This document shows, in pieces, positions 33,048 through 41,873 of a stretch of 50,089 bases of DNA. The stretch lies in contig CAZOGW010000005.1 of NCBI GenBank assembly GCA_964579415.1, positions 1 through 50,089 on the forward strand. Direction: 5' to 3'. Position numbers and translations under genes: made by a program. The stretch is from an uncultured Acidimicrobiaceae bacterium. GTDB taxonomy: Bacteria > Actinomycetota > Acidimicrobiia > Spongiisociales > UBA5794. Numbering within the stretch: position 1 is the first letter of the stretch; each line of letters opens with the position of its first letter. The notes under the pieces were generated by a model. It saw only the letters and a list, made by a program, of their open reading frames with translations. It did not search any database and was not told the origin of the DNA.

Positions 33048-35684
33048 GTGATCGGCCGCGACCGGGAGATGGCCGACCTGATCGAGCGGATCGGGAGGCG
33101 GCGCCTGGTGACCGTCATCGGCGCGGGCGGTATCGGGAAGACCACCGTGGCGCGCGCGGTAGCCGAGGCCGTCGCGGACCGCTTCGCCCTGGGGGCACAT
33201 TTCGTCGACCTGACCGCAGTCGATCGAGCGGACGACGTCGGCGGGGCCATCGCCGCCCAACTCGGCTACCCGTCCTTCCGGGCGCTCCTCGATTCGCCGA
33301 CCGACGCTGAGGCGCTGGTCGTGGTCGACAACTGCGAGCACGTCATCGACGCCGCCGCATCGGCCATCGCCGACGTCCTGGCGTCCTGCCCATCGCCGAC
33401 GGTACTGGCGACCAGCCGGAGCCCGCTCGATCTGGTGGGGGAGTCTGTGATGGTGCTCGGTCCGCTGGGCGTACCGGCGAGCAGCAGCGCCGTCGGGACC
33501 GGGACCGAATCGGTGCGGTTGTTCCTCCAGTGCGCCCGGGATTCCGGAGCTGTGCCGGGCGACGACCAACTCCACGACATCGCCGAGCTGTGTCGCCATC
33601 TTGACGGCGTCCCGTTGGCCATCGAACTGGCGGCGGCACAGACCCGCGCGATGACTCCGGCCGGCATCCTGGGCCACCTGCGGTCAGGTGACGATGTCCT
33701 GGCGCGGCCCCGGCTGCGCAGCGCCGGCCGCCACCGCAGCCTGTGGGAGACGATCGAGTGGTCCCGCCTCCTGCTCGAGCCCGAGCCGGCAGCGCTGTTC
33801 GATCGTCTCGGCGTCTTCGCCGGGCCCTTCTCCATCCCCGCGGCGCATGCGATATGTGCCCCGCCGAACACTTCGCCATCGGCGACGAGGCTGGCCGTGA
33901 CCAGTCTGGTGGACAGCTCTCTGCTGGCCGTCGAGCACCGCGAGGCGGAGGCGAGGTACCGGATGCTGACCCCGATCCGGTCCTTCGCACTGGGTCGGCT
34001 CGGCGCCTCCGGGGATCTGCCCGCGGTACAGGATCGGTTCGTCGACCACGTCGTCGATGTCGTGACGACGGTTGTTGACGCGACCCGCCTACGTTGGTCG
34101 ACGCCGGACGTCCAGCGGCTCCTCGCCCTGTACGACAACATGGCGGCAGCGCTGCGCTGGTGCATCTATCACGACGACACCGTCGACCGTGCCGGGATCA
34201 TCTACGGGGCTCTGTGGGCGTGGGTCCCCCATGGGCACACCGACGACATTGCGTTGCTGGGGCGGGAGCTGGTCGCCCGGTGGCCGGATCTGCCGCCGCC
34301 GTGGGGACCGGACGTCGCCGCCACGCGTGCGGCCGCCGAATACCTGCTCGGTCGTCCCCGGGTGGCCGCCACTCTCGCCGAAGGGGCGTTGCCCGAGGCG
34401 GACCGATCGCGGTTCGCACCGGCCACGCTTCGCCGCATCCTCGGTGAGGTGGCGCGGGTGACCGGTGATGCGAGCGGGGCCGAGGCCCTGTTCGCAGAGG
34501 CGGCTCACCAGGCGGACCGGTTGGGGCTGCGGTCTCTGGCCATGGAGGCCGAGGTGCTCCGGGCCCAGGTGCTCGCCGACACCGGGCGGATCGAAGAGGC
34601 ACGGGCCATCACGCGAGCCGTGTACCACGAGGCGGTCTCGACCGGTTCGGACCTGAGCGCCTTATGGGCATGGTCGTCGGAGGGTCACACCCTCTTGCGT
34701 CGCGACCCGCAGGAGGCCCTGCCCGTCATCGAGGAAGCGCTGGTGGCCGCCCGGCGTGCCGACCACGCCGTGATGATCGCCGCCAACCTCTACTCCAAGA
34801 CGGTGGCCCTGGCGACTCTCGGTCACACCACCGAGGCGGCCGCGGCCGCGTTGGAGCTGATCGATGCGCTGCTCTACCGCGGCGTGCTCTCCTCGGGCCG
34901 GACGGTCCTCGATGTCGTCGCTCTGGTCCTGCGCCGCGCCGGCGACCCCCGGTGGGCACCGATCCACGCCACGGCCCGCACCCTCCCGGTGACCGTCCTC
35001 ATGGCGGGGGTCGGGTACGAACTCTTCACCCTCCCCGATAGTGACGGGCAGCCCATGGAACGCCGGCTGGCCATCTCCCTGGCGCGCCGCGCACTCACCG
35101 AGATACTCGCCGATCCCCCGACCGGTGGCGGAGAACCTTCAGCCGGCGCCGATGCCGTGTTCTCCCGCAGCGGAGATGTCTGGGACGTTCGCTTCGCCGG
35201 GACGGCCGTGCACCTCAAGGCGTCCAAGGGGATGGACGACCTGGCCCGCCTCCTGGCCAGCCCCGGGGTCGAGGTCCACTGCCTCGAGCTGTCGGGCGCG
35301 GGCCTGGTGTCGTCGTCGACGGGCGAGACGATCGACAGCGCCGCCAGGCGAAGTTACGAGGCGCGGGTGCGCGAGCTACAAGGCGACGTCGAAGAGGCAG
35401 AGGCCGACAACGACACCGGGCGGGCGGAGCAAGCTCGCTCCGAGCTCGACGCGCTGGTGGACCATCTCGCCGGAGCCCTCGGTCTGGGCGGTAGGGCCCG
35501 GCAGAGTGGAGGCTCGGCGGAACGTGCCCGCTCCGCGGTGACTCACCGTTTGCGCTCGACCATCCGGCGCATCGCCGATCAGCATCCCGAGCTGGGCCGT
35601 CACCTGGCTGCGTCCGTGGTCACAGGGTCCTACTGCTGCTACCGGCCCGAGAGGCCGGTGGAGTGGCGGGTCACCGCCCCGTGA
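33048..35684 (+). CDS. STAND NTPase (NB-ARC-like) with TPR-like helical repeats and a non-LuxR C-terminal domain
   Basis: GTG at 33048 preceded by GGAGAAGGGAGGG. The motifs are VIGRDREMADL...VTVIGAGGIGKTTVA (Walker A), LVVVDNCEH (Walker B) and LDGVPLAIELAA (GxP-type). A long helical region follows. The C-terminal roughly 190 aa read FSRSGDVWDVRFAGTAVHLKASKGMDDLARLL...GLGGRARQSGGSAERARSAVTHRLRSTIRRI. Confidence 0.8.
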   Translation: MIGRDREMADLIERIGRRRLVTVIGAGGIGKTTVARAVAEAVADRFALGAHFVDLTAVDRADDVGGAIAAQLGYPSFRALLDSPTDAEALVVVDNCEHVIDAAASAIADVLASCPSPTVLATSRSPLDLVGESVMVLGPLGVPASSSAVGTGTESVRLFLQCARDSGAVPGDDQLHDIAELCRHLDGVPLAIELAAAQTRAMTPAGILGHLRSGDDVLARPRLRSAGRHRSLWETIEWSRLLLEPEPAALFDRLGVFAGPFSIPAAHAICAPPNTSPSATRLAVTSLVDSSLLAVEHREAEARYRMLTPIRSFALGRLGASGDLPAVQDRFVDHVVDVVTTVVDATRLRWSTPDVQRLLALYDNMAAALRWCIYHDDTVDRAGIIYGALWAWVPHGHTDDIALLGRELVARWPDLPPPWGPDVAATRAAAEYLLGRPRVAATLAEGALPEADRSRFAPATLRRILGEVARVTGDASGAEALFAEAAHQADRLGLRSLAMEAEVLRAQVLADTGRIEEARAITRAVYHEAVSTGSDLSALWAWSSEGHTLLRRDPQEALPVIEEALVAARRADHAVMIAANLYSKTVALATLGHTTEAAAAALELIDALLYRGVLSSGRTVLDVVALVLRRAGDPRWAPIHATARTLPVTVLMAGVGYELFTLPDSDGQPMERRLAISLARRALTEILADPPTGGGEPSAGADAVFSRSGDVWDVRFAGTAVHLKASKGMDDLARLLASPGVEVHCLELSGAGLVSSSTGETIDSAARRSYEARVRELQGDVEEAEADNDTGRAEQARSELDALVDHLAGALGLGGRARQSGGSAERARSAVTHRLRSTIRRIADQHPELGRHLAASVVTGSYCCYRPERPVEWRVTAP

Positions 35685-35781
35685 GGTCGGCGGGGCGATA
35701 GCTGCCTCCTGATCGGAGGCCGTGATCGCGCCTGGGACCGGTTGGCTCGGCATTTCACGTCGTGAGAGGGGATCTCACGCC

Positions 35782-35817
35782 TTCCTTCTGGCAAGTCAAG
35801 CTACGAACCAGAAGGAA
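35782..35817 (+). promoter_or_regulatory. 10-bp hairpin whose 3' arm overlaps the Shine-Dalgarno of the metalloprotease gene
   Basis: ttccttctgg (35782..35791) pairs with ccagaaggaa (35808..35817). The ATG is at 35823. Confidence 0.35.
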
Positions 35818-35822
35818 ATCTC

Positions 35823-36962
35823 ATGAACTCCCCCATTCCCGAGGGGCCGTTCCACGGCTCTTCTCCGACCCGGCCGGCGCCGCGTGCGCGACGGCTGCAC
35901 ACCATGTTGGCGGCGTTCGCCGTGGCGGCTTCCCTGCTCGTTGGATGGACGCAGCCGGTCGCGGCCCAGACGTCGTCCGAGCCGGGCGATCCCACCCCCG
36001 CTGCCTGCGTGTCCCTCACCAAGCTGACCAAGCTCACCACCACCGGTGGCCCGTTCGACGGGGGTACCAAGATCGCCTGGACGGTGACCAAGCCCACGAC
36101 GTCGACATGCAAGGCGCTGGTGGTTACCTTGAACGGCTCTCCCGTCGCCCCCAGCGGCTCGATGGTGGTGGATCCGGCGCTTACGTCCCAGTACGCCCTG
36201 GTGGCCAAGATGGGGACCGCATCCAAGGGTCTCGGTTCGACCGTCGCCGTGGGAGGCGACATCGTCGGGTACAAGGTGACCCGCGCCGGGCGTGGGGGGG
36301 CCATCATCACCACAATCATGAACCCGGACACCATCGCCGCCGATGAGGCGAGGGTGATTGCAGCCGAGATCATCGGCGCTCTGTCAACCGAGGGACGGCT
36401 CAAGCTGGTCGGCCGCACGATTGAGGTCCACATCATCCCCGCTGCTACGGCGTTGACGGTGCTCCCACCGTGGAAGTCATTGGCCGGCAAGATGACCTGC
36501 GACGAGAAGCTCCCCGACGGCAAGCCCAACGATGCCTGTGTCGCTCCACGAGCCTGGAAGGACATTCGGGGCGCCGGCGGCATCCTGATACTCGGGACCA
36601 ACCACCGGATCGCCACCGCAGTGGGAGAAGAAGCCCTCATCAACATCCCCGGCAAGACGACGACCACCAGCCTCGGCCACACCCTGGCGCACGAGCTGGG
36701 TCACACCGTCCTCGACTTTGCTGCCCCCAACGAGAAGGTGAACGTCGGGAAGGTGCTGGAGGGGAACAAGAATCACGACTACATGGGCGACGAAACCTAT
36801 ACCAGTTCGACTCTGCACGAATACTTCGCCGAGGGGGCGGCGGGCATGTTCGGCTACGAGCTGACGCTCCAGCTGGACCACGAGTACACCCAGACCTGGT
36901 TGAAGGCGAACGAGCCGAAGTTGTACCCGATCCTGGCCCGGGTCTTCCCCGGAGCCCTCTGA
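35823..36962 (+). CDS. secreted zinc metalloprotease, anthrax-lethal-factor-like (M34 / ATLF-type) catalytic motif
   Basis: Signal peptide with RR (RARRLHTMLAAFAVAASLLVGWTQPVAAQ). HELGH is followed 39 residues later by E-YFAEG, matching the HExxH ... E-FFAE arrangement of lethal factor and PPEP-type enzymes. Confidence 0.7.
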   Translation: MNSPIPEGPFHGSSPTRPAPRARRLHTMLAAFAVAASLLVGWTQPVAAQTSSEPGDPTPAACVSLTKLTKLTTTGGPFDGGTKIAWTVTKPTTSTCKALVVTLNGSPVAPSGSMVVDPALTSQYALVAKMGTASKGLGSTVAVGGDIVGYKVTRAGRGGAIITTIMNPDTIAADEARVIAAEIIGALSTEGRLKLVGRTIEVHIIPAATALTVLPPWKSLAGKMTCDEKLPDGKPNDACVAPRAWKDIRGAGGILILGTNHRIATAVGEEALINIPGKTTTTSLGHTLAHELGHTVLDFAAPNEKVNVGKVLEGNKNHDYMGDETYTSSTLHEYFAEGAAGMFGYELTLQLDHEYTQTWLKANEPKLYPILARVFPGAL

Positions 36963-36992
36963 TCACCTACGACCCTACAGACTGATCATGGA

Positions 36993-37022
36993 GCCGGCCG
37001 GACGCGATGACGTCCGGCCGGC
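36993..37022 (+). terminator. 12-bp hairpin after the metalloprotease gene
   Basis: gccggccggacg-cgatga-cgtccggccggc. Confidence 0.6.
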
Positions 37023-37128
37023 CCGGTCGCGTCCTGGCCCCGCCAACCTGGGTGGGGCGAGGCGGTCCCGTGTCGTTTCCTCCCGGAGGCGGCGTCCCGC
37101 GGCGGCGCCGGTACAATGGCGAGTCCCC

Positions 37129-37202
37129 GGGGACGTAGCTCAGGCTGGCAGAGCACCTGGTTTGCAACCAGGGGGTCGTGGGTTCAAATCCCATCGTCTC
37201 CA
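37129..37202 (+). tRNA. tRNA-Ala (anticodon UGC)
   Basis: Folded by hand as follows:
- Acceptor stem ggggacg/cgtctcc with a G3:U70 pair.
- D stem gctc/gagc.
- Anticodon stem cctgg/ccagg with loop ttTGCaa.
- T arm gtggg-ttcaaat-cccat.
- Discriminator A.
The CCA end is not encoded. A TACAAT box at 37112..37117 lies 11 nt upstream. Confidence 0.9.
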
Positions 37203-37257
37203 CCCGAGGCCGGGCGATCAGGGGGGCCGGCCGCACAGCAGAGAGGCTGGCCAACCC

Positions 37258-38418
37258 ATGCGGGAAGCAGTCATCGTCGACGCCATCCGGACGCCAGGAG
37301 GCAAGCGCAACGGCAAGCTGAAGAATTGGCACGCCGTCGACCTGGCCGCCGAAGTGCTCACCGAGATCGCCAAGCGCAACGACCTCGATCCCGTCCTCGT
37401 CGACGACGTCATCTTCGGTTGCGTGACCCAGACCGGCGAGCAGGGCGTCAACGTAGCCCGCAACGCCGTCCTTGCCGCCGGGTACCCCGAGACGGTTCCC
37501 GGGGTCACCCTCGACCGGCAGTGCGGCTCCAGCCAGCAGGCCATCCACTTTGCCGCCCAGGGGATCATCGCCGGCGCCTACGACGTTGCCATCGCCGGCG
37601 GCGTCGAGATGATGAGCCGTGTCCCCATGGGGATCACCATGCAGCAAGGCCCCGGTACTGCCTTCGGCCCCCGCATGCTGGAGCGCTACGACATCGTCCC
37701 TCAGGGCATCTCGGCGGAGATCATCGCCGAGACCTGGGGCGTAACCCGGGAGGAGGCCGACCGGCTCGCCGTCGACTCGCACGCCCGGGCATTGCGGGCG
37801 ACCAACGAGGGCCGCTTCGACAACGAGATCATCCCGATAGAGGTGCGTGGCGATGACGGCTCGGTGGAGATCGTGCGCCGTGATGAGGGCATCCGGCCCG
37901 GGACGTCGCTGGAGACGCTGGCCCAGCTCAACCCAGCTTTCAAGGAGGGCGGTATCGTCACCGCCGGGAACTCGTCGCAGATCGCCGACGGCGCCTCGGC
38001 CGTCCTGGTGACGAGCCGTGACAAGGCGGAGGACCTGGGCCTGCGCCCCCGCGCCCGCCTCGTCGGGTTCTCCGTGGTCGGCGTGGACCCGGTCGGCATG
38101 CTGACCGGCCCGGCACCCGCCACTGCCAAGGCGCTGGTCAACGCCGGCCTCAGCCTCGACGACATAGACCGGTTCGAGGTCAACGAGGCGTTCGCCACGG
38201 TGGTGGCGGTCTGGCTACGGGAGACAGGTGCCGACTGGGAGAAGACCAACGTCAACGGCGGGGCGATGGCGCTGGGGCATCCGCTGGGCGCCTCGGGAGC
38301 GAAGCTGATGGCAACCCTGCTCAACGAATTGGAGCGCACCGGCGGTCGCTACGGGCTGCTGACGATGTGCGAGGGTGCGGGCATGGCCAACGCCACCGTC
38401 ATCGAGCGCCTCGGCTGA
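37258..38418 (+). CDS. acetyl-CoA C-acyltransferase (thiolase)
   Basis: MREAVIVDAIRTPGGKRNG, the active-site Cys context LDRQCGSSQQA, and the C-terminal motifs NVNGGAMALGHPLGASG and CEGAGMANA. Confidence 0.9.
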   Translation: MREAVIVDAIRTPGGKRNGKLKNWHAVDLAAEVLTEIAKRNDLDPVLVDDVIFGCVTQTGEQGVNVARNAVLAAGYPETVPGVTLDRQCGSSQQAIHFAAQGIIAGAYDVAIAGGVEMMSRVPMGITMQQGPGTAFGPRMLERYDIVPQGISAEIIAETWGVTREEADRLAVDSHARALRATNEGRFDNEIIPIEVRGDDGSVEIVRRDEGIRPGTSLETLAQLNPAFKEGGIVTAGNSSQIADGASAVLVTSRDKAEDLGLRPRARLVGFSVVGVDPVGMLTGPAPATAKALVNAGLSLDDIDRFEVNEAFATVVAVWLRETGADWEKTNVNGGAMALGHPLGASGAKLMATLLNELERTGGRYGLLTMCEGAGMANATVIERLG

Positions 38419-38421
38419 ACG

Positions 38422-38652
38422 ATGGACGTCGTGATCGCGGTGGCGATCGGAGTCGGCATCATGGCGGTGGCACTGTGGACCGTGCGGCTCCTGGCCACGC
38501 CCGGCCCCGAAGAACCCGACCCCGACGAGGTCCACGAGACCTCCATCGACTACAAATGCATCGTCTGCGGCCTCCGCCTGACGGTCACCGCCGCCCAGGA
38601 AGGCGAGACCGTCGCGCCAAGACACTGTCGTGAGGACATGGAGATTGTGTGA
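38422..38652 (+). CDS. small membrane-anchored protein with a CxxC...HC motif (hypothetical)
   Basis: Starts 4 nt after the thiolase stop. One N-terminal TM helix, then YKCIVCGLRL...APRHCRE. Coding-like third positions. Confidence 0.4.
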   Translation: MDVVIAVAIGVGIMAVALWTVRLLATPGPEEPDPDEVHETSIDYKCIVCGLRLTVTAAQEGETVAPRHCREDMEIV

Positions 38653-38692
38653 GGCCCATTGCCGAGATCGCGAGCGGGTCTCGCCGCGAGAA

Positions 38693-38744
38693 GTACTTGG
38701 TACTTGGTACTTGGTACTTCGCGGATACCAAGTACCAAGTACCC
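38693..38744. repeat. heptanucleotide repeat, locus C: (gtacttg)x3.5 facing (taccaag)x2.5, forming an 18-bp perfect hairpin
   Basis: 38699..38716 ggtacttggtacttggta pairs with 38726..38743 taccaagtaccaagtacc, with a 9-nt loop. It lies between convergent genes. Confidence 0.85.
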
Positions 38745-38778
38745 CTTGCTCGCACCCGGCTCGCGGTTGTGCGATCCC

Positions 38779-39030
38779 CTACCGATAGTTCAGGGTCATC
38801 GCGAAGCCGCCGGCGATGGCGGCGAGGCCGGCGAAGAGGTAGTTGTTCGACGTGCCGCCCGGCAACAGGTTCATGTAGTTGACGAGGATGATGAGCACGC
38901 CGAGGCCCATCAGCCCGAACATCGTCACCACATACCAGGTGGGCGACGGGCCCTTGTCCTTCGCCGGGTTGACGTGCTTCGGCGGCGTGGGGCGGTTGTG
39001 GGCTTTCTTGCGTGGTTTCGAAACGGGCAT
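38779..39030 (-). CDS. crgA: cell division protein CrgA
   Basis: MPVSKPRKK...PSPTWYVVTMFGLMGLGVLIILVNYMNLLPGG.SNNYLFAGLAAIAGGFAMTLNYR. The protein is 83 aa with two TM helices. Confidence 0.85.
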   Translation of the reverse strand: MPVSKPRKKAHNRPTPPKHVNPAKDKGPSPTWYVVTMFGLMGLGVLIILVNYMNLLPGGTSNNYLFAGLAAIAGGFAMTLNYR

Positions 39031-39214
39031 GATGCCGAGAGCGTAGTGCTCCCCCGGTGAGTTCACCCAACCGCCCCCCGGTTGGGGTACGCGGTGCGTT
39101 ACCCTCTGGCGTCCGTAGCCGACCAGCGAGCCGACCATCACCACCTCACCCGCCGTCGCCACCGATGCACCGCCGCCCGCCGGGGTTCCCCGGGCGGGTC
39201 TCGGGGTCCGCCTG

Positions 39215-39904
39215 GTGCGCACCGTCGGCTGGACACTGATCTGGCTAGGGCTTCTCACCCTGGGATTCGTGGTGCACCAGCTCTATGTCACCGACTTCAT
39301 CGCCCAGCGCCAGCAGTCGACCCTGGCGGAGGCGAGGCTGGTCAACAACGCCTCCGCCGTTGTCACCGAGGAGGTCGTGGTCTCACCGACTGGGGAGGAG
39401 CTGACGCTCACGTTGGAGAGCCCGCCCCCGCTCGGTGAAGCGTTCGCCCTCATCCGCATCCCGTCGATCCCGTCGCTGGCGGAGGGATGGAACGTCGTCG
39501 AAGGCGTGGCGGTGGAGCACCTGCGTACCGGCGCCGGGCACATGCCGGACACGCCTCTCCCCGGCCAGCCGGGCAACGCCGTGATCAGCGGGCACCGCAC
39601 CACCTACGGTGCTCCCTTCCACGAGTTGGACACCCTGGTGGAGGGGGATCGTATCGAGGTCGACACCGCCATCGGCACCCACGTCTACGAGGTGCGGGAG
39701 GTGACCGACCTGGGCGCACCACTCGAGGAGGGGGCCGGGTTCGTGGTGGCCCCCACCGATGTGTGGGTGACCGACCCGCTTCCCGGTGGGTGGCTCACGC
39801 TGACGACCTGCCACCCCAAGTTCTCGGCGCGCCAGCGGCTCATTATCCGTGCCGAGATGGTGGACGGACCCAACGCGGCGGCGATCCGGGCGATGACGCC
39901 GTGA
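39215..39904 (+). CDS. class E sortase
   Basis: N-terminal TM helix, NAVISGHRTTYGAPF, and LTLTTCHP (TLxTC active site). It lies next to crgA, as in many actinobacteria. Confidence 0.85.
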   Translation: MRTVGWTLIWLGLLTLGFVVHQLYVTDFIAQRQQSTLAEARLVNNASAVVTEEVVVSPTGEELTLTLESPPPLGEAFALIRIPSIPSLAEGWNVVEGVAVEHLRTGAGHMPDTPLPGQPGNAVISGHRTTYGAPFHELDTLVEGDRIEVDTAIGTHVYEVREVTDLGAPLEEGAGFVVAPTDVWVTDPLPGGWLTLTTCHPKFSARQRLIIRAEMVDGPNAAAIRAMTP

Positions 39905-40049
39905 TCCGCCGTGGCTTCAGGGCGCTACCGGGGCCACTCCCGGTGCGGATCGTGGAGACGCTGGTCCTCGTCGCCGTCTTGCTGGTGGCGCTCCACTTCT
40001 TCTACACCTGGCTGGGTCAGGTGCTGGTCGATCCCGGAGGAGGCATCGG

Positions 40050-40053
<4 letters not shown>
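39901..40053 (+). CDS. possible small membrane protein (50 aa)
   Basis: The GTG overlaps the sortase stop (GTGA), and the ORF end overlaps the next start. One TM helix (IVETLVLVAVLLVALHFFYTWL). Evidence is weak. Confidence 0.35.
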
Positions 40054-40628
<575 letters not shown>

Positions 40629-40979
40629 CCACCCACATCGGGCGGGGCCGCCCCGGAGTCGGGCGTCGCGTGTGACCCTGGGGGCGGTGCATCCCCGGAG
40701 TTGCCCGGGAGGGACCGCACACAGGGCAATGCCCCGACGAGCACCGGTCCACCACGGTGAAGGCGATGCCCGTCTGAGCCAGTGCCGCCTCGGCGGCGGC
40801 GAAGGCCGCGTCCCCTGCTGTTCTGTGTGCCGGTAGTGCCATGGGGACAAGGTATCAACGGGGTATGACAAGAAAAGGGCACTCCGTACTCAGTATTCGA
40901 GTATTCGTCAGTCGGTGACCATGACGGGTTCCCGTTCGCCGGGGTCGGGGGCAATCCAGGGTTGGGGGATACCGGATGG

Positions 40980-41873
40980 CTAGGACGGTTGTGATCGGGA
41001 GCGGTAGCCGAGGACCAGGGCGACGCCTCCCAGGATCAGCGGAAGGGCGATGAGGGCGTGCCCGGAGAGCACCTCGCCGCCGATGGTGACGCCGAGGATC
41101 AGGGCGACCACCGGGTTCACATAGGCGTAGCTGGTGGCGAGAGCAGGACGGACGTTCTGCAACAGGTAGACGTAGGCGGCGAAGGCGATGGCCGAACCGA
41201 ACACGGCCAGGTACAGCACCGCCAGCCAGGCGGTGAGGCCGGGAGGACCCTCGAAGCGCTCGCCACGCAACACCCCGGCCGCCACCAGCACCGGTGCCGC
41301 CGCCAGCATCTGGGCGGCGCTTGCCATCGCCCCCGCCGGTTGCTGTACCCGCCCGTTCCACACCGATCCCAGGGCCCACAGCACGGGGGCGACCACCAGC
41401 AGCACCACGCCGACAGTGTTGCCGTCGAAGTCCCCCTCGCCGCTGAGCACCACCACCCCGGCGATGCCGAGCCCCATGCCGGCCCATTCGATGGGCGCCG
41501 GCCACCGCCCGAACAGCCCGCTCCAAAGGGCGGTCCACAGCGGCACCGCGGCCGCGGCGGTGGCCGCCAGCGCCGAGCCGACACCGAGGCTCTCGGCGAT
41601 GGTCACCAGTCCCACTCCGCCCATGAGCAGCAGGACGCCTACCTGCGCTGCCCCCCACCATTGCCGCGCCGTAGGCAGCGGGCTGCGGCGCCGGGCGAAC
41701 GCCAGCACCAGCAGGCCGGCAACGGAGAAGCGGACCCCGTTGCCGATGAGCGGCGGGAAACCGGTCACCATGTACTTCAGGCCCAGGTAGGTGGATCCCC
41801 AGATGACGTACACCGCCGCCAGCGCCGCCGGGGTGAGCCAGCGCGTCGTCCGCGGACTCTCCGTGGTCACCAT
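40980..41873 (-). CDS. EamA-family (DMT superfamily) transporter
   Basis: Ten hydrophobic helices and the duplicated EamA pattern (VIWGSTYLGLKY...). I prefer the ATG at 41873. Confidence 0.85.
   Translation of the reverse strand: MVTTESPRTTRWLTPAALAAVYVIWGSTYLGLKYMVTGFPPLIGNGVRFSVAGLLVLAFARRRSPLPTARQWWGAAQVGVLLLMGGVGLVTIAESLGVGSALAATAAAAVPLWTALWSGLFGRWPAPIEWAGMGLGIAGVVVLSGEGDFDGNTVGVVLLVVAPVLWALGSVWNGRVQQPAGAMASAAQMLAAAPVLVAAGVLRGERFEGPPGLTAWLAVLYLAVFGSAIAFAAYVYLLQNVRPALATSYAYVNPVVALILGVTIGGEVLSGHALIALPLILGGVALVLGYRSRSQPS

Noticed and set aside
31687-37202. A classical tRNA-integrated genomic island.
   Set aside because: No integrase or recombinase gene is present. I could find no direct repeat of the tRNA-Ala 3' end. 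The accessory genes lie upstream of the tRNA 5' end rather than downstream of its 3' end. I keep the stretch only as an accessory-looking region.
39082-39438. Alternative ORFs upstream of and overlapping the sortase gene, and the ORF 39911..40381.
   Set aside because: Their products are Arg/Gly/Pro/His-rich without motifs. The sortase, small-membrane-protein and amidotransferase frames account for the region.
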